From a virus (Duplodnaviria > Caudoviricetes), in IMG/VR virus record IMGVR_UViG_3300018043_000001, positions 1 through 50,412 of that record: a DNA stretch of 50,412 nucleotides; one strand, written 5' to 3'. Of this stretch, positions 25,665-34,600 are shown one piece after another. Under the pieces are notes generated by a model. The model saw only the letters and a list, made by a program, of their open reading frames with translations. It was not told the origin of the DNA and made no database searches. The position numbers and the translations under genes were made by a program. Positions within the stretch are counted from its first letter, which is position 1, and each line of letters opens with the position of its first letter.

Positions 25665-27014
25665 CTAGCTGGCAAGTTGAACGCGCACCGCGAAGTGGCA
25701 CGCAGCGTCGAAGTAAGCGCAGGCAAAGCGCATCGCTCGGAAGGTGGCGGAGTTGGGATGCCCGCCCTGCCCGCGGTCGACCGCCTCCGAGAAGGAGTCG
25801 GGGATCACGGTGCTCTGCGCCTCGGAGCGGACCATCACGAGATCGGTGGCGAACATCACGGCGGTATTCGTCTGCGTGACGCCCGAGCCGACCGCCGGGG
25901 CGCTCCCCGGATATCCGGCGCCGGGCACGATCACGTTGTCGAACATATCGAGCAACAGCGGCCCCACGCGTCGGGCGCTGAGCAGCGAGACGGTGCTCTG
26001 AGCCTGCGTGTGGATCATGCCGACGCCGCCGAAGCCGCACTGCTGCAGGGCGTCCTGCAGGAGCTGCATGCCGCGGGTGACGCTCGGCGCGCTACCGCTC
26101 GCGGGCGTCAGGTCGGTGTAGCTCGCCGCGTTGGTCAGGTAGTTGTTGGGCCAGCTGTTGGCCTGCGCCAGCGCGCCGGTCCAGAACTCGCGCTCGATCG
26201 CGGCCGGCGTGGCGTTGTCGCAGAGCCGCTGCGCGCGGCCCTTGAAGTCGCGCTCGTCGAAGCCCCACGTCGAGCAGGTGTCCTGCGCGAGCACGAGCCA
26301 CGGGATCACCTGCACGATCGGCAGGTTGCTGTAGGAGCCGATCCCGCCGGTGGTGTTGCTCGACGGTGGCACCGCACCGGCGCTCGCCGCTCCGGTGTCC
26401 GTCCACGAGAGCGTCTCGTCGCCGCTCTCCCCGATGAACACGACGCCGGTCACGCCCGAGGCGAGCTTGCCGGGCGTGGCGCCGCGGCCGTAGACGTTGT
26501 AGTCGACGCCCTCGGAGACCGCCTGCCAGCTCACCTTGACGCTCGCGGTGCCGCCGCCGCCGGCAACGACGATCTGGGCAGCGGCAGGCGCCGTGCTCTC
26601 GCCGTTGTAGTTGGTCACCGTCACCGTGTAGTGATAGGTGCCGTCCGCCAGCGTGCCGCCGGTGCCCTGCGTGAGCACGATGTTGCCTGGCGCGGGCAGC
26701 GGGGGCGAGTCGATGTCGGCGCTGTCGAAACCCGAGCGGGGCTCTGCGGCCCAGTGGTTCTCGGGTGCGTAGGTGAAGCCCCTCGTCCAGGCGTCGCCCT
26801 TGCGAGCGTTCAGCTCTGTCTTCAGCTCGTCGGGGAGGATCGCGAGCTGCTCGTCTCCGAGCGCGAAGATCGGGCTGGCCGGGTCGGAGCTGTCACCCGG
26901 CCGCACCGCGCAGGCCATCAGGCTGAGCGCGGGCGGCTTGGGCGGGATCGCCGGGACGACGAGCGCTGGCGGCAGGCTCGTAGCGGGGTAGGGGCTGCTC
27001 GACAGAGGGCTCAT
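25665..27014 (-). CDS. second capsid protein (pentamer-type) with inserted FN3/Ig-like module
   Basis: W..GFTY, CSTWG...AIEREFWTG, GMIH, VPGAGYPG, MFAT motifs; directly after the major capsid gene. Confidence 0.7.
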   Translation of the reverse strand: MSPLSSSPYPATSLPPALVVPAIPPKPPALSLMACAVRPGDSSDPASPIFALGDEQLAILPDELKTELNARKGDAWTRGFTYAPENHWAAEPRSGFDSADIDSPPLPAPGNIVLTQGTGGTLADGTYHYTVTVTNYNGESTAPAAAQIVVAGGGGTASVKVSWQAVSEGVDYNVYGRGATPGKLASGVTGVVFIGESGDETLSWTDTGAASAGAVPPSSNTTGGIGSYSNLPIVQVIPWLVLAQDTCSTWGFDERDFKGRAQRLCDNATPAAIEREFWTGALAQANSWPNNYLTNAASYTDLTPASGSAPSVTRGMQLLQDALQQCGFGGVGMIHTQAQSTVSLLSARRVGPLLLDMFDNVIVPGAGYPGSAPAVGSGVTQTNTAVMFATDLVMVRSEAQSTVIPDSFSEAVDRGQGGHPNSATFRAMRFACAYFDAACHFAVRVQLAS

Positions 27015-27044
27015 CGTCTCGGGGGATCCTCAGTTGACCTCGGC

Positions 27045-28757
27045 TTACGCGCAGTGCGAGACGGCCGCGGTGGCGCCGCTCGCGCCGTTGGCGCAGAGGG
27101 TGAGGGTGAGCTGCACGGCGCCTCCGGAGTACCCGCGGAAGGCCAAGCCTTCGAATGTCTCGACGAACAGCTCGTAGTCGTTCTGGCTGTCGAGGGTGGA
27201 GTCGCGCACGACGCCCAGGTCCAGCCGCCCGCCGTCGAGGAACTGAATGTGCCCCTCCGGGTAGATGTAGAGCGTCACGGTGGACGGGAACGCGACGATG
27301 TTGCCGTTCGCTGCCGCCATCGTGAAGAACTGGTTGTTCTGCACGCCGTTGGAGCCCGACGCCTGACCGTCCAGGTGGTAGACGACGTTGACGCCGCGGC
27401 TGGACATCAGCTCGTCGACCTGAGCGTCGGTGAGCTGCAGCTGGTCGCGGCTGCCGGCGTTGTCATGCGCCAGCTCGCGGGTGAGGTCGGCTCGCAGCAG
27501 ATCCTTGATCCAGTCGGGCGCGATCAGCGTGAAGCTCTGCGAGCGCGCGAGACGGTGGACGTTGCGGTGCCCGGCCAGGAACTGATCGAGGAACACGAGC
27601 AGGTCGCGCGTGGCCCCGAGCACCTGGTTGGCGTTGGAGACGTTCTGCGTGCAAACCTGGGCGAGCAGGTTGAGCAGGTTGTTGTCCGCGATCCGGGCCG
27701 CCGCGGCGATCGACAGGTCGGTGTTGGCGGCGGTCTGCTCCGGCGCGAAACGCCCGAACATGTTCCCGAACTGCAGGCGGGTCGAGACCGCTTCGACGAG
27801 CGTGGTCACCTCGCTGCCGCAGACAATCTGCAACACCGGCTTGGTCTGCTCACCGGGCGCCAGGTCGGTCGCCTCGGTCCAGATGCCGGTCGCTCCCGCG
27901 AGCTGCGAGATGTCCGGCGGGGTGACGTAGGTGACACCTCCGCGGCTCGCCTGGAAGGCTGGCAAACCGTCACGCACCGGGCGGTCTGGAATCGACCAAA
28001 CCGGCACGGAGTAGTCCACGTTCACGGGCGCGCAGATCCCGCCTGTCGCGACCAGAGCCTGAGGTGAGAGCACCTTCTGGAAGATGCGCTCGTTGGCCCA
28101 CGGGTCACGCCCGAGCTGACGGTCCTCGGGGTAGTTCCAGCGGGCGCTGGCGACGATCGTGTCACCGCGCGGGGCGCCGTGGCGGGGAAGCCGCTCGATC
28201 GTCTCGGTGAGAGCGCTCGCGAACTCTTCGGGATCGGTGATCGGCTCGTTGCCGTTGGCGAGCCCGCGCAGCGCGCCGGTTGCCATCAGCACCGCGCGCT
28301 GGCGGTCGGGCAGGGCCTCGGGGGAGGGCTTGGGGCGATTGCCGGCCATGCGCGCGACGGTGCCGCGCTTGCCGGGCGTGGCGGCGGCGGTGACCGCTTC
28401 CTGCTCGGCCTCCTGCTCGGTCACCTCCTGACCCTTGCCTTCCTCGTCCTCGTCCTCTTCGACCTCAGCGCCAGCCTCGGCCTCGCCGGCCGCGGGCGGG
28501 TTCAGAGCCGAGACGCGCTCGCGCGCTGCCTCTCGGGCCTGCTGAGCTTCGGCCTCCTGGGTCTCGCGGTTGCCCTGCTCGGTCATGACCGCATCGGCAG
28601 CCTCGGCCAGTTCTTGCATCTGGCTGACGATCTCGGCGGTGACCGCCTCTTCGCCATCGAGCCGGTTGAACTCGTCGGTGATCGCTTGCCGCAGGTTGGC
28701 CAGCTCTTCGGGAGTGCATGTGGCCAACCGGGCTAGCAGTTCGCGGATTGTCTCCAT
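27045..28757 (-). CDS. major capsid protein (hexamer-type) with N-terminal scaffold-like region
   Basis: Acidic coiled-coil N-terminus; ALVATGGICAP, LPAFQASRGG, LDLGVVRDSTL..NDY..F.E.FEG. Confidence 0.88.
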   Translation of the reverse strand: METIRELLARLATCTPEELANLRQAITDEFNRLDGEEAVTAEIVSQMQELAEAADAVMTEQGNRETQEAEAQQAREAARERVSALNPPAAGEAEAGAEVEEDEDEEGKGQEVTEQEAEQEAVTAAATPGKRGTVARMAGNRPKPSPEALPDRQRAVLMATGALRGLANGNEPITDPEEFASALTETIERLPRHGAPRGDTIVASARWNYPEDRQLGRDPWANERIFQKVLSPQALVATGGICAPVNVDYSVPVWSIPDRPVRDGLPAFQASRGGVTYVTPPDISQLAGATGIWTEATDLAPGEQTKPVLQIVCGSEVTTLVEAVSTRLQFGNMFGRFAPEQTAANTDLSIAAAARIADNNLLNLLAQVCTQNVSNANQVLGATRDLLVFLDQFLAGHRNVHRLARSQSFTLIAPDWIKDLLRADLTRELAHDNAGSRDQLQLTDAQVDELMSSRGVNVVYHLDGQASGSNGVQNNQFFTMAAANGNIVAFPSTVTLYIYPEGHIQFLDGGRLDLGVVRDSTLDSQNDYELFVETFEGLAFRGYSGGAVQLTLTLCANGASGATAAVSHCA

Positions 28758-28870
28758 CGCTGGCTCCTAGTAGATCGTTGTGACTGCGAAACGCGACCTA
28801 TGGGCGCAAGGCGGCTATGCCAGCTGCGCAGCATCGTAGCACGCAGTCAAAGGTTGTATCGTCAGCTATG

Positions 28871-28943
28871 CGCGGGGTGGAGCAGCGGAGTGCTCATCGG
28901 CCTCATAAGCCGAAGGTCGCGGGTTCAAATCCCGCCCCCGCCC
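28871..28943 (+). tRNA. tRNA-Met(CAU), initiator-like with deviations; no encoded CCA
   Basis: Cloverleaf with acceptor CGCGGGG/CCCCGCC, D stem GAGC/GCTC, anticodon arm TCGGC-CTCATAA-GCCGA (CAT 28904-28906) and T arm GCGGG-TTCAAAT-CCCGC. Confidence 0.88.
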
Positions 28944-29022
28944 TACAAACGCTCCCAGCGCGTACGCGAGCAGCAAGGGCCAGAACAGCACGGCCAGCAT
29001 CGCCACGGAGAGCGCGAGATCT

Positions 29023-29133
29023 CTAATCGAAGAAATCATCGTGCTTGCCGCAGCTCTCGCATTCGCCGCCAGGCATGTTCCAGCGGTGCAGGCCGAGCGC
29101 GCACAGCAGGCGGTCCCACCACGGGCGCTTCAC
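29023..29133 (-). CDS. 36-aa Cys/His zinc-ribbon-like peptide (DUF1660-like)
   Basis: MKRPWWDRLLCALGLHRW...CESCGK; GTGA overlap with upstream gene. Confidence 0.55.
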   Translation of the reverse strand: MKRPWWDRLLCALGLHRWNMPGGECESCGKHDDFFD

Positions 29134-29324
29134 AGAACGGCGCCTCCGACGATGGCGCCGATGACGGCGCCAGTGGCCGCACCCATGAAGCCGCCCATCA
29201 TCAGGTCCCATCCCCACAGGTCGCCGCCCTCGCCTGTCTCGACACCCCACATCGCGCCGAGGATGAAGCCGATCACGCCACCGGCGCCAGCGCAGCCGAC
29301 CGCCCTGAGCACGTTCGCGATCAC
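29130..29324 (-). CDS. small glycine-zipper membrane protein
   Basis: Two GxxxG-rich hydrophobic helices; GTGA overlap with the protease gene. Confidence 0.55.
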   Translation of the reverse strand: MIANVLRAVGCAGAGGVIGFILGAMWGVETGEGGDLWGWDLMMGGFMGAATGAVIGAIVGGAVL

Positions 29325-31612
29325 GTCGAGAGCGCCTTCACACGCTCGCGAGCGTTCCGCGCCTGCATGCCGTAGATGCGCGTGCGGGCGTCGTTGGCGG
29401 AGAGGCGCAGCAGCGGCGCCAGAGCGCGTTCGAGCGGGCTGCGCTCGGGCTCGCTCTTGGGAGCCCGCAGGCGCTGCATCATCTGCCCGCCAGCGGCCAC
29501 CAGAGCCTCCTGGCGGCCGTCCGCGACCACGGCGAGGGGGAAGCCGGGCTGGTTGACCGCGAGCGCGGCGACAAGCTCCAGCTGGCCTCCGAGCTGGCGC
29601 CAGTCACCCGAGAGTGATGAGGCGGTGAGCTTGCGGATCTGCTCGGGCTTGGCATCGGGGCGCACAGCGCCGGCGACCCAGATGCCGTACTCGTCCTCGC
29701 CGATGTTGACGTCACAGCAGGCCGTCGCCGTGTTGTCGTAGTGAGCCATCGCCGAGGCCGCGGAGATACCGTGCAGCTCGGCGTGCCCGGCGTCGCAGGT
29801 GATCACACCGACGCGCACCTTCTCGCCCTCGGCGGTCGTGATCGTCTGGCCGCGCTTGAAGTGAGCGTAGTTCACGGCCGAGGTCGGCGCCGTGACGCAC
29901 TGCCCCTGCGTGCCGGTATGGCAGACGCCCCACGGAGCCAGGTGGCCGTAGACGCGGCCAGATTCCTCCACGGTGAGCGGGCAGGCGTACTTGCCTCCGA
30001 CGGCGAGCTTGCCGCGCTTGTCCAGGATCTCCACCAGGCGCCCGTCCTCGGGCGTGAAGGCAGGATCCTCGAACCACGCCTTGGGCGGATGCACGGGAGC
30101 GCCTGAGGCGATCAGCACCTCAGCTCCACTCGCGCACGGCTCGCACTCGGCGAGCGTGAGGAAATGCACGCCCACGGCGCCCGAAGCCGTCTGGGCGGCC
30201 TGAGGGATCGCCTCAGCGATGCTGGAGCCGTCGCCCAGGACGATGTAAGCGCCTTCGAAGGCGGCGTACGGGCAGATCGTCAGTCCCAGAATGGTCCCAG
30301 CCGTCGTCTGCTCGGTCAGCTCGGTCGGCCAGCCGGTGTCGTCGATGTCGCCCACCTGCACGTCCACCTCGGAGGCGAGCACGTCAGCGCTCACGCCCAC
30401 GCGCCCCATCTGCTCGCAGAGGCTCGCGAAGTAGGCGCCGTCGTCGTTGGCCAGGAAGAAGCCCTTGGCCTGGATCACCTGCGTGTCACCCTCGCCGGGC
30501 ACGCGCTCGAAGCTGTCGATGCGCCCGCAGATCACGGCCGGGTCGTTGAGGTCGAAGCCCATCGGATCGTGCGTCTCGGTCGAGAGGCCCATCAGCGGCA
30601 CGGGCGGCGTGCGCCAGTCCAGCGCGCCCGCAGCGATCGAGCGGCCGTCGCCCGTGGGCTGGCCCTCGATGATCGCGACCGGGATGAAGAACGCCGGGCC
30701 GACGTTATCGCCACCGGGGATGGCCGGCGGCTCGTTCAGCGTGGGCGGCTTCTCGGGCGAGGGCTCCGCTGGCCCAGGCGCGTCGGGCACAGCGCCAGGA
30801 GGGGCCAACGCGAAATCCCCCTCGTCCTCGTCGATGGCGCCAGGCGAGTTGCCGCCCGTGCCCTTGTTCGGACTCTCGGAGAGTTGCATGCCCAGGCACG
30901 CGCAGCTCGTCATCTGGCACGCGCCGGTGTTCTTGCCGTTGGTGTCGTCGTCGAGGTGAGAGCTGGCGAGATGCCCGCAGTCGGCGTTGGCGCACTTGGC
31001 GTCGTCGTCGATGTCGCCCGTGTCGGGATCCTGCTTGGGCGCGGGCACGTCCTTGGGCGCGGGTGGAGGTGGAGCCCCCGCGGCCGTCTGGGCGGCTTTC
31101 GGCGGCGCGGGGGCTCCTGGCTTGTCGCCGACGGGCGGCGTCTTGGTCGTACTCGGGGGCGCGTGCTCGGCGCTGTCGTCGGACTGGTCCTGGGTGAGCT
31201 TCTGCACAGCCTCGTTGATCGAGTCGAGCGCGGCGGCGATCGTCTCGTCCTTCGGGTCGCTCGTGTCAGGGTCGGCCTTCTGAGCGGCGATCGCAGCTTC
31301 GACGGCCTTGGCGATGCCGGCGATGGCGTCGCTCACCGCGCTGTCCGCGGCGGCCGGGTCAGCGGCCTCCGGTGCCTTCTGCGCCGCGGGAGCCTTCTCC
31401 GCGGGCGGTGGCGGCGGCGCTGCAAGAGCGTCCTCGCCATCGACGGCGCTGTTCTTCGCCTTGATCGACCCGCAGATCTTCTCCGCGGACTCCTGGCTGG
31501 CGCCGTCGGCCTTCTGGTCTGCGATGCAGTCATCCCAGGGGTAGGGCTTCCACGCCTGCTCGGCGGCGGCGATCAGCTCTGAGCGCGAACGCGCATGTGC
31601 GAACTTCGGCAT
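29321..31612 (-). CDS. capsid maturation protease with long N-terminal extension
   Basis: EG.PTGDGR, GRVYGHLAPWGVCH, HYDN, GEDEYGIWVAG, LSGDWR, AVNQPGFP; located between portal and capsid. Confidence 0.8.
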   Translation of the reverse strand: MPKFAHARSRSELIAAAEQAWKPYPWDDCIADQKADGASQESAEKICGSIKAKNSAVDGEDALAAPPPPPAEKAPAAQKAPEAADPAAADSAVSDAIAGIAKAVEAAIAAQKADPDTSDPKDETIAAALDSINEAVQKLTQDQSDDSAEHAPPSTTKTPPVGDKPGAPAPPKAAQTAAGAPPPPAPKDVPAPKQDPDTGDIDDDAKCANADCGHLASSHLDDDTNGKNTGACQMTSCACLGMQLSESPNKGTGGNSPGAIDEDEGDFALAPPGAVPDAPGPAEPSPEKPPTLNEPPAIPGGDNVGPAFFIPVAIIEGQPTGDGRSIAAGALDWRTPPVPLMGLSTETHDPMGFDLNDPAVICGRIDSFERVPGEGDTQVIQAKGFFLANDDGAYFASLCEQMGRVGVSADVLASEVDVQVGDIDDTGWPTELTEQTTAGTILGLTICPYAAFEGAYIVLGDGSSIAEAIPQAAQTASGAVGVHFLTLAECEPCASGAEVLIASGAPVHPPKAWFEDPAFTPEDGRLVEILDKRGKLAVGGKYACPLTVEESGRVYGHLAPWGVCHTGTQGQCVTAPTSAVNYAHFKRGQTITTAEGEKVRVGVITCDAGHAELHGISAASAMAHYDNTATACCDVNIGEDEYGIWVAGAVRPDAKPEQIRKLTASSLSGDWRQLGGQLELVAALAVNQPGFPLAVVADGRQEALVAAGGQMMQRLRAPKSEPERSPLERALAPLLRLSANDARTRIYGMQARNARERVKALST

Positions 31613-31620
31613 GGTGTCTC

Positions 31621-34600
31621 CTATGGTGCGACTTCATAGAGCAGCTCGGCGTCACACGAGCAGCCGGGGTGGTCTCCGGGCAGGAAATAGGCGTTGTCGG
31701 GGAAGCTGTCGGGGTTCTTCAACGCATCGTCGGTGAAGCTGTGGAACTCGACGCCATCGAGCGCCTCGTGGGGCTCGAACGGATGCACGGTCGTGGCCGT
31801 GTGGTGCCAGACGTAACGCTCGACGTTGGCGCCTCCGACGCCCGCGAGCTTCTGGATCGTGGCGCCCGAGCCGATCTGCGGCACGAACCCGGACATGCCG
31901 CCGCCCGTGCTGGCGTCGATCGTCAGAGCGCTCGATGGAGCCCCACCGGCGACCGAGAGCACGGCGCGCAGCGTGCCCACCGGCACGAGCGCGTCAGGAT
32001 CCAGCTCGGCCGGATCCTCGGAGAGCAGCTGCTGCCCGATCGTGTTGAGCGCATGCTTGAACACGTTCCAAGCGGCGTCGAGCTGCACGGCCAGCGCGTT
32101 GCCCGCCTGGTCGACCGCCTGCTGTGGGATGTCCACGAGCTTGCCGATCAGGCGCAGCGACTGTCTCTGTGCGGCGCCGGTCCAGCGCATGAACTGCTCG
32201 CGCAACGCTGCCCAATCGTCGTTCATGAGCCCCGCGGCGGTGAGCCCCGCGGCTGCCATCGCGTCCTTGCCGAGGATGAACGGAACGTGCTCGTTGCGGC
32301 GCTGGTCGATCTTCGTGCGCACCGTCTCATCCTTGCCGAGCTTCGTGCGCATCTTCGCCCCGGCGCGCTCCATCTGGCGCAACATCGCGGCGTTGGCCGC
32401 GGCCTGCAGGCGGATCCGCAGCTGACGATCGACGTCCATCAGCTGGCGGCTGATCGAAGCGCCTCCAGAAGCGGCTGTGAGCGCCGCTGGCGGCCCCGGC
32501 TTGGGCGGCACGGGGTTCTGTGCGGCGGGCGGCGGACCCGGCTGTGCGGGCGCGGGAGCGCTCACAGGCTTGTCAAGCCCGACGCCGGCATCGGCCTGAG
32601 GGCGCGTGGGCTGCGTCGGGATCAGGCCCTCGCCCATGTCCACGCCGCCGGGCTTGATCCCCGGCACCATCCCCGACACCGTGATCGGCGGCACGACGAG
32701 GGTGGGATCGAAGCGCTGCGCGTACTCCATCAGCAGGTTGAGCGGCAGCGCCCTGATGTCCATGACGCGGCGCATCTCCAGCTCTGAGACGGTCGGCGCA
32801 TCATCTTCGGCAAAGCCCGCCGCCTTGCGGTATGCCTCCGCCGAGATGATCATGTCCTCGTAGGCCTTCTGCGAGTCGGCGGTGCGGTCCGGGTGCGTCA
32901 CCAGCTCAACCGGGTCATACCAGAGCACGCAGCGACGCACCCACTCATCAGGCACGCCGTAGGACTGCAGGTAGGGCCGCAGGAACGCGCCGGTGAGAGC
33001 GTCCACCGCTTCGATCACGGCCGGCTCGACGTGATGACGGAAAACGTCGTCACTCACCTGCCAGGCCGACCAATGGTTGAGGTCGGCGATACCCATGATC
33101 ACTTCCTTGGGCAGATCGAAGCCGGTGGCAATCACGCCGATCAGCTCTTCGCGCGTCTTGGAGGCCTCCGAGTCGAAGCTGGAGGCGAAGTCGATGTGCC
33201 TGATCTTGTCCAGGAACTCGCCGGGGCCGCGAACCACCAGCGGCACGACGGACTCGGCCGTGCCCTCGTTGGTGATCGGCGCCATCATCGCCTTGGTCAA
33301 ATCAGCGATGAAGGTGTCAGCGTCGGGGTCCTGGTCGTCGTTGGGCTCGTTGGCGAAGGTGATCTCGTTGGGGAAGCAGAGCAGGCCGCGCCCTGAGAGG
33401 CGTGAGCGGCCCGTGGCGCGGATGATGCGCCGCAGGATGCAGATGGCCTCGCACTCGTCGAGCATCGCCTTCACGGGGCTGTCAGCGAGCAGGTGATAGC
33501 GAGGATCCGGCGTCCAGATGCGGCTGATCACGCAGGTGTCGGGATCGAGGTCGACCCAGGGAATTACCCCGTTGGGGTTATCTGGCATCTCGCGCAGACG
33601 CCAGCTCGTGTCGGTGACCACCAGCTCGTCGACCGAACGGATGCCCCATTCCTCTTCGCCGGTCTGCTCGTTCTGGCGCCCGAGCAACCAGCCTTCGCCC
33701 GCCACCGACAGGTTGGTGGAGAGATCGCCCATCAGGTGAGCCATCGCCATGCGGCCGTTGCCAAGCTCCTGCAGGCCCAGCTCAGCGAGCCCGGAGAGAT
33801 CCATCGGGACGCCCTCGGCGTGCGCCAGAGGGACCGGCTCGTCGCTCTCAGCGCCCGGCAGGTAGACCGCCGGGAAGAGCTTCATCCGCGCGCAGCAGTG
33901 CGCCAGGAACTTCACGGCGTAACGCAGCTCGGGGACCGATGACCTGTAGGTGTTGCCGGTGAAGTAGACCGTGCCCCGGCGACGCGCCAACCATGTGCGG
34001 TTGGCAACCATCGGACACCAAACCTGGCCGCTGTAGGTCACGCGCTTGACGACGGTGGCGTTCTCCCACTCGCGGCTGGCTGCGTCCAGCGGGTTGACGG
34101 TTGCCTTGTCGCGGATATGCAGTCGCCAGCAGCCTTCATCCTTCAAGTAGATGTGTGGAGTGCGACCAGTCAGGATGCTGGCGAGCGCCAGCGGCTCCAA
34201 GCGGGCTCGAACGGACTGCGTGACGCACACGTTGGCGCCCGTGCGCGCGTCGCGATGGCCGTCGGCATCGACAGACGTCTGAATGAAAAGCTCCAGCTGC
34301 GCCAGCGTCAGTGAGCGCACGAACCCGGTAGCCACCACCTTGTCGGGTGCGGGCGCGATAGCACCCAGCCGCTGTCCGGCATACTTATCGAGCGCGAAGA
34401 CAGCCATATCCTCGTCGGTCCCCTCGCGCCAGGCAGGGTATTGCAAGCCGCGCGTGGTCGGTACCGCAGGCCCGAAGACGGCCGTCAGAGCCGCGCGGAT
34501 ACGCGCTACGTTCTCCGGATAGACGCGCCACGATTGCGTGATGACGACAGCGCCAGACGCCTTGATGGTCCCCTCTGTCCAGAACCACGCAACCAGCTCC

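Noticed and set aside
28871-28943. tRNA as prophage attachment site or genome boundary
   Set aside because: Phage head genes continue on both sides, and I saw no duplicated tRNA 3' end or integrase in the window.
14347-33396. Long + strand ORFs (e.g. 14347-16143, 17680-19032, 25572-28067, 30164-31582)
   Set aside because: They are antisense shadows of high-GC - strand genes, with Arg/Gly-rich low-information translations.
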